Below are positions 54,655-64,000 of a stretch of 64,000 nucleotides of DNA, one piece after another. Numbering within the stretch: the stretch's first letter is position 1; each line of letters opens with the position of its first letter. The translations under genes were made by a program, and so were the position numbers. This DNA is from an uncultured Acidobacteriaceae bacterium (GTDB taxonomy: Bacteria > Acidobacteriota > Terriglobia > Terriglobales > Acidobacteriaceae): NCBI GenBank assembly GCA_963777685.1, contig CAVZRF010000031.1:11989-75988 (forward strand), in the 5' to 3' direction. Under the pieces are notes generated by a model. It ran no database searches. It was not told the DNA's origin and was given only the letters and a program-made list of their open reading frames with translations.

Positions 54655-54762
54655 GAGTTGTCAGTTGTCAGTCCCCAGTTTTCAGTGGTGCTCCGAATCA
54701 ACGGATCGGTATCTTCTGACAACTGAAAACTGACCACTGAGGACTTGCAACTGACAACTGCC
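54655..54762. repeat. Inverted heptamer tandem repeats forming a hairpin
   Basis: Left arm (C/G)AGTnnn x5, right arm CTGAnAA-like x7, mutually complementary. Confidence 0.8.
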
Positions 54763-56007
54763 ATGAACTGTGAAATCATCGCCATCGGCTCGGAGCTTCT
54801 CACCCCTCACCGCTCCGACACCAATTCCCTCTTCCTCACCGAACGCCTCAACAAAATCGGCGTCAAGGTCGACTTCAAAACCATCGTCGGCGATCGCAAG
54901 CAGGACCTCGTCGACCAGGTCCGCATCGCGCTCAGCCGCGCCGACATCGTGATCACCATGGGCGGTCTCGGCCCCACCGTCGACGACCTCACCCGCGAAG
55001 CCGTCGCCGAAGCTCTCGGCTTCCGCCTCAAGCGCGACCAGGCCATCGTCGGCGCGCTCTACGCCCGCTTCGCCGCCCGCCGCATCACCATGACCGAGAA
55101 CAACTCCCGCCAGGCCGACGTGATCGACGGCGCAACCATTCTCGAAAACCCCAACGGCACCGCGCCTGGCCAATATCTCGACATCGTCTACAACGAACAT
55201 CGCAAGCTCGTCATCCTCTTGCCCGGGCCGCCCAGCGAGATCAAGCCACTCTTCGACGCCGAGTGCCTGCCGCGCCTCACCGCGACGCTGCCCAAGCGCC
55301 ACATCGCTACCCGCATCCTCCGCGCCGCCATGGTCGGCGAGTCGATCGCCGACGCCCGCATCGCGCCCATCTACGGCCAGTACAAAGACATCGAGACCAC
55401 CATCCTCGCCCACATGGGCGACATCCAGCTCAACCTCATCTGCGAGAAGCCGACCATCGAACAAGCGCAGGCCCGCGTCGACGAGCTCGCCGGCCGCATC
55501 GAAGACGAACTCGGCGAGCTCATCTACTCCTCGCAGGGCGAGTCCCTCGAACAGATCGTCCTCTACTATCTCGAAATGCGCGGCGCTACCCTCGCCACCG
55601 CCGAGAGCTGCACCGGAGGCATGCTCGCTCAGCGCCTCACCGGCGTCAGCGGCAGCTCACGCTCGTTTCTCGGCGGAGCCGTCGTCTACTCCAACGAGCT
55701 CAAAAGCACTTTTGCTGGAGTTCCCGACCATCTCATCGAAGACCACGGAGCCGTCAGCAGCGAAGTCGCTGCGTCTCTCGCCGAAGGCATTCGCATCCGC
55801 ACCGGAGCCACCATCGGCGTCGCCATCACCGGAATCGCCGGCCCCACCGGAGGCACCGAAGAAAAACCCGTCGGCCTCGTTTACATCGCCATCAACGACG
55901 AAAAACATTCCGAAGTGATAGAGAAACGCTTCGGAGGCGACCGCGAAAGAATCCGCAATTACTCCACCCAACAAGCCCTAGACACAGTCCGCCGCTGGTT
56001 GATGTAA
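54763..56007 (+). CDS. cinA: Competence/damage-inducible protein A (MCF + NMN deamidase)
   Basis: EIIAIGSELL, DTNS, GGLGPT.DDLT, LPGPP.E, AESCTGG, ITGIAGP.GG. Confidence 0.95.
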   Translation: MNCEIIAIGSELLTPHRSDTNSLFLTERLNKIGVKVDFKTIVGDRKQDLVDQVRIALSRADIVITMGGLGPTVDDLTREAVAEALGFRLKRDQAIVGALYARFAARRITMTENNSRQADVIDGATILENPNGTAPGQYLDIVYNEHRKLVILLPGPPSEIKPLFDAECLPRLTATLPKRHIATRILRAAMVGESIADARIAPIYGQYKDIETTILAHMGDIQLNLICEKPTIEQAQARVDELAGRIEDELGELIYSSQGESLEQIVLYYLEMRGATLATAESCTGGMLAQRLTGVSGSSRSFLGGAVVYSNELKSTFAGVPDHLIEDHGAVSSEVAASLAEGIRIRTGATIGVAITGIAGPTGGTEEKPVGLVYIAINDEKHSEVIEKRFGGDRERIRNYSTQQALDTVRRWLM

Positions 56008-56040
56008 GTCCAGATTTTAGTTCGACAGAGCAAGATCAAC

Positions 56041-56454
56041 TCACAACAACACAACGCCAACACTTGTGGCCGCTCTAACCAAGGCCGCGTCTCGAGTAGC
56101 GAGGGGAAGTCCCCGCCGTTGTGCCAGCTCCAGGTAGACAGCATCGTAGAGCGTCAAGTTTTGCGAATTGGCCAGGGGCAGCACTTTATCTCGCAGCTGA
56201 AGCGGTGAAATCTGCTCGATCTCAACTAACAATTGGCCCAGGCTGGCAAGAAAAAGGTCAACGTCGCCATGTGAGATTCGACCCCGCCTGCCGGCCATCA
56301 ACAGCCCGTTTCCAACTTCAGTCAGCCAATGTCCGGGAGCTATGAGTGCCTCTCCAGACTGTAGCCGAACGAGAAGATCGTCACTCTCCGGCGTCGCTTC
56401 ATCTTGGAAGCACCACGGTAACGTGGCGGAAGCGTCCACCACGAAGCCCGGCAT
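56041..56454 (-). CDS. VapC family PIN toxin
   Basis: FVVDAS..LPWCF.DE, EV.NGL, LTLYDAVYLELA, LAT.D..L. Confidence 0.9.
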   Translation of the reverse strand: MPGFVVDASATLPWCFQDEATPESDDLLVRLQSGEALIAPGHWLTEVGNGLLMAGRRGRISHGDVDLFLASLGQLLVEIEQISPLQLRDKVLPLANSQNLTLYDAVYLELAQRRGLPLATRDAALVRAATSVGVVLL

Positions 56455-56687
56455 TAGTACCTTCGACCTTCCTCAATCAGGTCGCGAATTTTTAGGCCGT
56501 CGAGGCGATTTCGTTTCTGGATGGCGAAAATGGTTTCCACTGCCTTCGCAACCGACTTAGGCCGATCATGTTCTCCGGGCGCAAGCAGTCTTTCGGTCAG
56601 AAATTGCTCGATCGTCGACTCCAGACGAATGCCGCGCGCCTCGGCCGCTACCGCCAACTCATCCGGAATGTTGACCGTGATCTGCAT
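56454..56687 (-). CDS. Putative antitoxin of the VapC toxin
   Basis: MQITVNIPDELA RHH-like start, IRDLIEEGRR end; overlaps vapC start. Confidence 0.78.
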   Translation of the reverse strand: MQITVNIPDELAVAAEARGIRLESTIEQFLTERLLAPGEHDRPKSVAKAVETIFAIQKRNRLDGLKIRDLIEEGRRY

Positions 56688-56737
56688 ATCTTGAGAATAA
56701 CAGCACGCGACGCACGCCTTTACGAAACGAACTGCAA

Positions 56738-57280
56738 TCACGCCACCGGAAACCCCTCATTCCCCAAAATCTCCTCCACCTGCAAACAATGCCGCAAAGT
56801 GTGCTGCCCTAGCACCACCAGCCATTGATAACAATCCAAATCCCCAAACGCAATATGCGGAAAGAAATGTTCGCGAAGCGCGCAATCCGTCTCCGCCGCA
56901 AACGCAATCGTCCGCGCCCGAGCCTCACGAAACTCCGCGATGAGCTCAGCGCCATCCATCCATCGACCCACCGGACGAGTCGCCTCCCGAGCCTTCAACT
57001 TCCTATCCCGAGACCCCGCCAAGCCCAGCACCAACGGCTCCTTCGCATCGGCGAGAGCCGCCTTTTCAGGCTCCGCAGAACCCCTCAGCGCATTTGTAAC
57101 AGCGGCGGTGATAAATCCCTCAAACACCACCAGATGCTCCACAATCTCGGCAATCGACCACCGCTCCGCATCCTCTCGAAAACTCCACTGCGCCGGTGTC
57201 AACCCCTCCACCAGCCCCAACAGCCGAGCCTCACTCGCCGCCAGTTGCTCGATTACGAATTGCCGTTCTCGCGCGTCCAT
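56738..57280 (-). CDS. DinB family protein
   Basis: WSIAEIVEHL, H.AFG.L...QW, H..RH..Q. Confidence 0.88.
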   Translation of the reverse strand: MDARERQFVIEQLAASEARLLGLVEGLTPAQWSFREDAERWSIAEIVEHLVVFEGFITAAVTNALRGSAEPEKAALADAKEPLVLGLAGSRDRKLKAREATRPVGRWMDGAELIAEFREARARTIAFAAETDCALREHFFPHIAFGDLDCYQWLVVLGQHTLRHCLQVEEILGNEGFPVA

Positions 57281-57382
57281 GTTCACCCTGACTCTCAGCC
57301 TATTCGATGAGACCATGCTGTCGCTCAACTACGAATCGTTGCCCTGGGCCTCACCGGTCATTCCCTTGTCTAATATCAGTCT

Positions 57383-57739
57383 ATGGAAGACGAACTCTCC
57401 GCACACCTCATCGCCCTCGAACTCCGCCTGCAAGACTCGTCCATCCGCAAAGACCCAACCACAGTCGCCGAACTCCTCTCCGAAGACTTTCGCGAATTCG
57501 GCGCGTCCGGTCGCGTCTGGGGCCGCGCCGCAATCCTTGCCGAACTCGCAGCCGAAACGCCCTACCAAATCACCAGCGACAACTTCGAGTGCCAGCGCCT
57601 CTCCACCCACCTCGCACTACTCACCTACGTCGCCACCAACCCAAACCGCAAAACCCTTCGCAGCTCTCTCTGGCGCCTCGAAGAAAATCGCTGGCGGATC
57701 CTTTTCCATCAAGGCACCGTCATCCCGCCCCAGGCTTGA
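57383..57739 (+). CDS. DUF4440 (NTF2-like) protein
   Basis: LL.EDFREFGASG, RSSLW....W...FHQGT. Confidence 0.88.
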   Translation: MEDELSAHLIALELRLQDSSIRKDPTTVAELLSEDFREFGASGRVWGRAAILAELAAETPYQITSDNFECQRLSTHLALLTYVATNPNRKTLRSSLWRLEENRWRILFHQGTVIPPQA

Positions 57740-58101
57740 GTATCCCTGCCATCCTGAGCGAGATCCGACCCATGCCGCAATCTGAACATTAGCGCGTTAA
57801 CAAACTGCGCCACGGAGAACAAATCGTCATCGCACAGTGGCCCCTGGCCATCACTCTCGCCGTGATCGTCGCGTTGCTTGGACTCTACGGACTCTGGTCC
57901 ATCCGCGCGCTGTGGAGGTGAGATCTTAGGCAGACTTACCCACCCATACACGTAGATTCCGCACCCAACCCACGTAGTTTTTCGATTGTAAGGGGATGCT
58001 CGCTGTGTCTATGCTCAATCCTGCAAACGAAACAGAGTAGTCGGTCAGCAGTGATAGTCTGTCGAAGCCAATTCGATGCAGCACTTCGCGAGGAGTAGAT
58101 C

Positions 58102-59646
58102 GTGCGCCAATCACCACCGCAAAGCTTGTCCCGTAGATTCACCGCTTGCCTCACAGCGCTTCTGGTCGTCGTCGACGTGACCAGTGTCGGTTGCAAATCG
58201 GGCACACCCGCCGCGCCAGCGACTCCGGCCCCGTCCACCGCAGCCGCTCCGGCGGCCGGAACTCCGCCACCCGCGGGCCCTGCCAATTCTCAGATGAGTC
58301 TCGACGATCTGGTCGCCCCCATCGCGCTCTATCCCGACCAATTGCTAGGTCAATTGCTGGTTGCGGCCGTCAACTCTCAGGAAGTGCTCGACCTTGGCAA
58401 CTGGCTGCTCGAAAACCAGAGCCTGAAATCAGACGCCGCTCCCGACGCAGCGAAGAAGGCTGGTTTCGGCCCGAGCGCGCAATATCTCGCCGCCTTTCCG
58501 CAAGTGGTCGACCAAATGTGCCAGCAGCTCGATTGGACCAAGCAGCTCGGCGAGGCCTTCCAGAGCAACCAAAAAGGCGTCATGGATGCGATCCAGCAGA
58601 AGCGGGCCCAGGCGAAGCAGCAGGGCAACCTTCAATCCAGCCCGCAGATGACGGTCGACACCACAACGCAGAACGGGCAGCAGGTCATCGAGATCAAGCC
58701 CGCCGATCCGCAGATCATCTACGTTCCGCAATACAACACGACGACGATCTACACCACCCCGCCGCCGGCACAAACAACAACCGTCGTTCAAGAGCAATCA
58801 GGCGTGAGCACGGGAACGGCCGTCGCGATCGGCTTGCTGTCTTTCGGAGTCGGCATGGCTGTCGGCTCCGCGCTTCACCACGACGATTACTATCCCTACC
58901 CCGCCTGGGGTGGCGGCGGCATGTACTATGGCGGCCATCCCTACTATCCTCCGCCCTATCGCCCTCCGTATTATCCGGGCTACCGCCCCGCGTACGGGTA
59001 TCATCCGCCAGCGAACTATCACTGGAACCAATACAACCACCAGACGAACATACGGGTAAACAACAACAACTATTACGGCCGGTACAACAACAATAATCGT
59101 CCCGGTAACAACACTCGCCCCGGCGGGGGCAACAACGGCGGTTATCTCGGCGCAGGCAATAACAACAACCGCCCCGGCAAGAGTACGCTCCCCGCTGGCA
59201 ACAATGGCTATCTCGGTGCGAATAAGCAGCCCGGAAACAATGGGCGTCCCGGATCCGGCATGGCAAACGCGAACCCCGGCCTACAGAACAGAGGCGGTCA
59301 GAATCAGCAAGGCAACCTCGGCGCAAATCGCGGCGGCCAGAACCAGCCCGGCAATCTGGGCGCAAACCGAAACAACGGCTCGCCCGGCGCCAACAACCGC
59401 GCGGCAGTTGGGCGGCAACCCTCCGGTGGAGGCGATCGCGGATTCGCCAACGCAGGCGGCAATCAAGGGAATCGAGGAGCAGCGGCCCAGCAGCGCCCGG
59501 CGCCGCAACGCCAGCCCAGCAACAGTGGCGGAGCATTCGGCGGCGGCGGTGGCGGCAGCGCCAAGTCCGCCCGAGCAGACAGCAATCGTGGCCGCTCGAG
59601 CATGGGCGCGCCCCCGGCTGGTGGCGGCGGCAAACGTCATCGCTAG
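58102..59646 (+). CDS. DUF3300 domain protein with a long G/N/Q-rich tail
   Basis: LVAPIALYPD.LL, W...LGEAF, VMDAIQ..R..A...GNL.S, I.PADPQIIYVP.Y. Confidence 0.9.
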   Translation: MRQSPPQSLSRRFTACLTALLVVVDVTSVGCKSGTPAAPATPAPSTAAAPAAGTPPPAGPANSQMSLDDLVAPIALYPDQLLGQLLVAAVNSQEVLDLGNWLLENQSLKSDAAPDAAKKAGFGPSAQYLAAFPQVVDQMCQQLDWTKQLGEAFQSNQKGVMDAIQQKRAQAKQQGNLQSSPQMTVDTTTQNGQQVIEIKPADPQIIYVPQYNTTTIYTTPPPAQTTTVVQEQSGVSTGTAVAIGLLSFGVGMAVGSALHHDDYYPYPAWGGGGMYYGGHPYYPPPYRPPYYPGYRPAYGYHPPANYHWNQYNHQTNIRVNNNNYYGRYNNNNRPGNNTRPGGGNNGGYLGAGNNNNRPGKSTLPAGNNGYLGANKQPGNNGRPGSGMANANPGLQNRGGQNQQGNLGANRGGQNQPGNLGANRNNGSPGANNRAAVGRQPSGGGDRGFANAGGNQGNRGAAAQQRPAPQRQPSNSGGAFGGGGGGSAKSARADSNRGRSSMGAPPAGGGGKRHR

Positions 59647-59721
59647 CATCGGATTGCAGTTGCGAACCACATCACGAAAGAGCTTTGACTCAGCGGCAAT
59701 CGCGCCGCGAGGAGAGACAGA

Positions 59722-60603
59722 ATGAAGAACGGCAATATATCTCGCGCGGCTTTCCGAGTGGCCGCATTGTCCGCAGCATTTGCATTGCTCGCCGCATCGA
59801 GTGCATCGGCACAGACCCCCGGCCAGAAGACCTTTGCGTCTTCGAAAGAAGCCGTTGAGGCCTTCGCCAAAGCGCTCGAATCAGACAACCTCTCGGACCT
59901 GGAGGCCATTCTCGGCGCAGGCAGCGAGTCGATCGTCTCCTCAGGAGACGCTGTCGCCGACAACAAGGAGCGCGAGACTTTCGTCGCGCGATATCGCGCC
60001 AAGCATTCACTCGTCGACGACGGCGATCATCAATTCACGCTCAATGTTGGCTCTGATGATTGGCCGCTTCCCATTCCCCTCGTCGACAAATCGGGGACAT
60101 GGTACTTCGACGGCGCCGCCGGCAAACAAGAGATCGCTTACCGTCGCATCGGCCACAATGAACTCTCCGCAATCAAGGTCTGCAAGGGAGTTGTTGCCGC
60201 TCAGAGTGACTACGCAGCAACTGCCCATGACGGAAATCCGGTGGGAACGTACGCATCGCGCATCGTCAGCGAGCCCGGAAAACAGAACGGCCTTTATTGG
60301 GATGATCCCTCGGGCCAATCGCCAAGCCCTGCCGGGCCCATGCTCGCCGAGGCAAGCCAGGAAGGCTACGACACCTCCGGCAAGCCCACGCCCTACCACG
60401 GCTACTACTACCGCATGCTCAAAAACCCCGGAGGCTTCGCCCTTCTCGCCTACCCCGCCCAGTATCGATCCAGCGGAGTGATGACGTTTGTCGTCACGCA
60501 AAGCGGCGTCATTCACGAAAAGGATCTTGGAGAAAACACCGGCGAAGTCGCCGCAAAGATGACCGATTACCAGCCCGACGCCACCTGGAAAAAGGTGAAG
60601 TAG
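59722..60603 (+). CDS. DUF2950 family secreted protein
   Basis: WPLPIPLV, RRIG.NEL, GLYW, PYHGYYYR, YP..Y..SGVMTF, EKDLG; usual partner of DUF3300. Confidence 0.9.
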   Translation: MKNGNISRAAFRVAALSAAFALLAASSASAQTPGQKTFASSKEAVEAFAKALESDNLSDLEAILGAGSESIVSSGDAVADNKERETFVARYRAKHSLVDDGDHQFTLNVGSDDWPLPIPLVDKSGTWYFDGAAGKQEIAYRRIGHNELSAIKVCKGVVAAQSDYAATAHDGNPVGTYASRIVSEPGKQNGLYWDDPSGQSPSPAGPMLAEASQEGYDTSGKPTPYHGYYYRMLKNPGGFALLAYPAQYRSSGVMTFVVTQSGVIHEKDLGENTGEVAAKMTDYQPDATWKKVK

Positions 60604-60685
60604 TCACAGGCTAATTTCCACCTCGACTCGATTCGCCGATTCGAACTGCTTGAAGAAGAGTACGGCCAAGCCGTACTCTTGTCGT

Positions 60686-60982
60686 ATGCGCTATGTTTGG
60701 GACCCCGCGAAGGACGTCCTTAACCAGCGAAAACATGGCTTGACCCTCGCAGACGGAATTCCGGCGTTAGAAGACGTAGATAGCGAATCCTGGGCTGATG
60801 ATCGATTCGACTTTGAACAAGAAAGAATCATCACTCTTGGCAGAAACAGCAACGCAGTCCTACTCGTCGTTTCCATCGAACAGAATCTGGCCGAGGAAGA
60901 CGAAGAGCAAACGACCCGGATCATCTCGGTCAGGAAGGCCACGAAATATGAAAGAGACTCGTATTACTTCGGTCGACCATGA
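60686..60982 (+). CDS. BrnT family toxin
   Basis: WDPAK..N.RKHGL, R.ITLG, RIISVRKATKYE. Confidence 0.88.
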   Translation: MRYVWDPAKDVLNQRKHGLTLADGIPALEDVDSESWADDRFDFEQERIITLGRNSNAVLLVVSIEQNLAEEDEEQTTRIISVRKATKYERDSYYFGRP

Positions 60983-61319
60983 ACCCGGCGAGCCAGACCC
61001 GCCAACAGGCACGGACTGGGCTGCCCTTGAAGTCCTCACTGACGATCAAATCGCCGCGTCCATCAAAGACGACCCTGATGCGGCGCCGATCCCCGTCTAC
61101 GCAACGCCAGGTCTCACGCCAATCGTCAACGTAAAGAAACTCCGCGAACGCCTCAGCCTAACCCAGGAAGCATTCGCCGCTGCGTATCGCATCCCGATCG
61201 GAACCTTGCGGGACTGGGAGCAGCGCCGCAAGCTTCCCGACGCACCTGCTCGCGCCTACTTGACGGTGATCGCCCGTAATCCGCAAGCGGTGGCCGAACT
61301 CTTGGCGGAAGCCGCTTAG
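60948..61319 (+). CDS. HTH (Xre/HigA-like) antitoxin with BrnA-like N-terminus
   Basis: TDW..L..LTD..I......DPDAAP then LRERLSLTQEAFA...TLRDWEQ.R..PD. Confidence 0.85.
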   Translation: MKETRITSVDHEPGEPDPPTGTDWAALEVLTDDQIAASIKDDPDAAPIPVYATPGLTPIVNVKKLRERLSLTQEAFAAAYRIPIGTLRDWEQRRKLPDAPARAYLTVIARNPQAVAELLAEAA

Positions 61320-61364
61320 CAATAGTCAGAACGCCGTATTACTTTTTTGATAAACCAATAGCGT

Positions 61365-61625
61365 ATGGAATCCGCTCTCACCATAAAAGGCCAGGCGACG
61401 ATCCCCAAGCCGATCCGCGAACATCTCGGCTTGGAGGCCGGAGACCGAATCAAGTTCTTCGTGCATTCCGACGGCACTGTCGTCATTTTGCGCAAAATTC
61501 CTACCTCCGCCTTGAAAGGCATCATCTCCTCTCGCAAGCGGAAGGCGCCGTCCATCGAAGAGATGCACGAGGCCATCGTAACGGGCGCGACCGCCGACGG
61601 CATCCGCCGCGCCAATCGGGTCTAG
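61365..61625 (+). CDS. AbrB/MazE/SpoVT family antitoxin-like protein (orphan)
   Basis: LTIKGQATIPKPIREHLGL.AGDRIKF. Confidence 0.85.
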   Translation: MESALTIKGQATIPKPIREHLGLEAGDRIKFFVHSDGTVVILRKIPTSALKGIISSRKRKAPSIEEMHEAIVTGATADGIRRANRV

Positions 61626-61662
61626 CGCTTCAGCGGATTCGAGCTCCTGTAGTGAGGCACCT

Positions 61663-63054
61663 TTATTCCGAATCCAGCACCGCCAAAGCCCGCTCCAACT
61701 GCACGCCCCGCGAAGCCTTCAGCAACACCGCATCGCCGGCCCGCAGCTCCGAGCGAAGCCACTCCCCCGCAGCTTCCGGCGTTTCAAGAAAGATCGCCTT
61801 CGCACCAGCAGCCTCCGCGCCATCGACAATGTGGATGGCCTTGCCGCGAACACCGGCCACGAGGTCAATCCCCTTCTGCGCGGCAAACTCGCCGCAACTG
61901 CGATGCAACTCGGAAGAGTCGCGTCCCAGCTCCAGCATCTCGCCGGCAACCAGAATCCGCCGCCCCCCAACATTTGTGACCTTCATCGACGCCAGCGTCG
62001 CAATCATCGACTTCAGCGCCTCAGGGTTCGAGTTATAGCAATCGTCGATCACCGTCGCGCCGCGGATCTGCCGGACTTCGCCGCGCTTTTTCCCCGCGGT
62101 CAGCGTCTCTACCGCGGCAACGCATTCGCTGAGCGAAATCCCTGCCTCTAGCCCCACCGCAATCGCTGCCATCGCATTGGTCACGTTGTGCCGGCCCATC
62201 ATCGCCAGCCGTACCGTAGCCGACTCGTCGCCCGCAACCACGCGGAAGCGGTTACCCTCCTGCCCAAGCTCGACAACATCCTCAGCATGAGGCTCGGCGC
62301 AAGGCCCGGAGCCGTAGAAGACCGACTTCCCTGCAAAGTCCCGCCCAAACTGCGAGACATACGGATCGCCGCAATTCAGAAACGCAACCCCATCCGCCGG
62401 AAGCGCCTCGATCAGCTCATACTTCGCCCGCGCAATCCCCGAAATTCCATCCGGAAAATTCTCCGCATGGGCCCAGCCAACATTCGTCACCACGCCCCAG
62501 TTCGGAGCGGCAATCCTCGCCAGCGCCGCAATCTCGCCCGCGTTCGACATGCCCATCTCGATGACGGCAATTTCGTCCTCCGGCTCAAGCCGTAGCAACT
62601 GCAGCGGCAATCCGAATCCGTTATTGAGGTTGCCTTCCGACTTCAGCACCCGAAAGCGCGCCGCCAGCACCGTCGCAACCGCTTCCTTGGTCGTCGTCTT
62701 CCCCGCGCTCCCAGTGATCGCAACAACCCGTCCGCCCCAATGCCGCCGCACCGCCGCAGCCAGCCGTTGCAACGCGGTCAGCGGATCTTCGCCCACCACC
62801 AGCAAATCATCCCGCCGGACCGCCGCCGGAAGATTCTCAACTCTGTCGCTCGAAACCACAGCGGCAACCGCACCACGCTCCAGCGCAGCGGCGACAAAGT
62901 CATGCCCATCGAACCGCTCGCCCTTCACCGCAAAGAACAACTCACCCGGAGCAACGGTCCGCGAGTCGATCGAGTATCCACTCGCATGGTGCTCTGACGG
63001 CGAACCCGCCTCCGCGCCGATCCACTGGCTGATTTGAGCGAGGGCCAGCTTCAT
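61663..63054 (-). CDS. murF: UDP-MurNAc-tripeptide--D-Ala-D-Ala ligase
   Basis: IDSR, GERFDGHDF, ITGSAGKTTTKE, GNLNN..GLP, EMGM, DCYNSNP, GEMLELG, KASRG. Confidence 0.96.
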   Translation of the reverse strand: MKLALAQISQWIGAEAGSPSEHHASGYSIDSRTVAPGELFFAVKGERFDGHDFVAAALERGAVAAVVSSDRVENLPAAVRRDDLLVVGEDPLTALQRLAAAVRRHWGGRVVAITGSAGKTTTKEAVATVLAARFRVLKSEGNLNNGFGLPLQLLRLEPEDEIAVIEMGMSNAGEIAALARIAAPNWGVVTNVGWAHAENFPDGISGIARAKYELIEALPADGVAFLNCGDPYVSQFGRDFAGKSVFYGSGPCAEPHAEDVVELGQEGNRFRVVAGDESATVRLAMMGRHNVTNAMAAIAVGLEAGISLSECVAAVETLTAGKKRGEVRQIRGATVIDDCYNSNPEALKSMIATLASMKVTNVGGRRILVAGEMLELGRDSSELHRSCGEFAAQKGIDLVAGVRGKAIHIVDGAEAAGAKAIFLETPEAAGEWLRSELRAGDAVLLKASRGVQLERALAVLDSE

Positions 63055-64000
63055 CCCGCCGCCTCCGCATCTTGCCAAAAACCAAAGCCAGCAAGCACCC
63101 GCCGCGCCACCTCGGCGTCATCGAACGGAATCGTCCGGTCGCTCAGCACCTGCACCTTCTCATGCCCTTTGCCCGCCAGCAACACAATGTCTCCCGGCTT
63201 CGCTTCGCCGATCGCGATCCGAATCGCCGAGGCCCGGTCAGGCTCAAACATCGCCGGAGTCTTCGCCGAATCCCATCCCGCCATCGCCTCCTCGATGATC
63301 GTCATCGGATCTTCGCTGCGCGGGTTATCTGAGGTGAAGACGACAAAGTCGCTACCCTCGCTCGCCACCCGCCCCATCAACGGACGCTTCGTGCGATCCC
63401 GATCGCCGCCGCAACCAAACATCGTGATCACGCGACCGCCCTTCGCCGCAACGAACTCGCGCCCCAGCGCGATCAGGTTCTTCAGCGCATCATCGGTGTG
63501 CGCATAATCCACGACAACGGTGAAGGGCTGCCCCGCATCGACCGTCTGAAACCGCCCCGGCACATGATCGAGCGCAGCCGCTCCTGCAGCGACCTCGTCG
63601 AGCGTCAAGCCCCGCGCCAGCGCCGCAGCCGAAGCGGCAAGCAAGTTGTAGACATTCACCTTGCCGGTAAGCCGCGTCTCAACGCGCGTCGTTCCATGCG
63701 GAGTCACCATCGAGAAGCTCATCCCCGAAGCGAACATCTTGATCTCCTCGGCGCGAAAGGCCGCACGCCCCAGCCCATATCCAAAGATCTTCACGCCCGC
63801 ATCATGCGCCGCTTCCGCAATCTCCAGCCCAAAGACGTCGTCGCTATTGATCACCGCAACTCGCGGAACGGCGCCATTGCCGCCATCAAACAAACTCCGC
63901 TTGGCAACGAAGTAGTTCTCCATCGTCCCGTGAAAGTCGAGGTGGTCGCGGGTGAGGTTCGTAAAGATCGCGACATCATAGCCCAAACCCCACACGCGCC
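63051..64000 (-). CDS. murE: UDP-MurNAc-dipeptide--DAP ligase, 3' part (5' end outside window)
   Basis: FTNLTRDHLDFH, VPGRF, VDYAHT.DA, FGCGGDRD, TSDNPRSE, AGKGHE. Confidence 0.96.
   Translation of the reverse strand, partial: RVWGLGYDVAIFTNLTRDHLDFHGTMENYFVAKRSLFDGGNGAVPRVAVINSDDVFGLEIAEAAHDAGVKIFGYGLGRAAFRAEEIKMFASGMSFSMVTPHGTTRVETRLTGKVNVYNLLAASAAALARGLTLDEVAAGAAALDHVPGRFQTVDAGQPFTVVVDYAHTDDALKNLIALGREFVAAKGGRVITMFGCGGDRDRTKRPLMGRVASEGSDFVVFTSDNPRSEDPMTIIEEAMAGWDSAKTPAMFEPDRASAIRIAIGEAKPGDIVLLAGKGHEKVQVLSDRTIPFDDAEVARRVLAGFGFWQDAEAAG

Noticed and set aside
57770-58100. Long intergenic stretch with short ORFs before DUF3300
   Set aside because: No recognisable motifs, repeats or stable structure; probably promoter or decayed sequence

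Overview
GC-rich bacterial chromosome segment, almost certainly Acidobacteriota (Terriglobia/Acidobacteriaceae). The assignment rests on the acidobacterial PadR plus duplicated orphan ABC permease (ADOP) genes, a VWFA-related acidobacterial protein and the yacG-pgpA-NHL-cinA and DUF3300/DUF2950 arrangements. Most of the window is housekeeping and envelope genes (tlyA, ECF sigma/anti-sigma, aguB/aguA, tadA, accA, serS, pyrD, lacD-like aldolase, rph, SRP RNA ffs, rimO, cinA, murF, murE). Many genes between about 8.5 and 35 kb, including essential serS, carry indels, best explained as long-read consensus errors. About seven small toxin-antitoxin-like modules or remnants sit between the core genes, along with REP-like palindromes, heptamer-repeat hairpins and a decayed HNH island. 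Best leads: (1) two tandem ADOP permeases share a nearly identical ~420-bp 5' block that includes the padR tail, stop and RBS, while their bodies are diverged; (2) a TIR-transmembrane-extracytoplasmic receptor-like protein; (3) a sensorless kinase / sigma54 activator / His-less pseudo-DHp locus preceded by three TCC(C/T)-N5-GGGA boxes; (4) a PIN nuclease paired with a non-canonical small partner. No CRISPR array, rRNA, tRNA or intact transposase was seen. All family assignments are by motif recognition, not database search.
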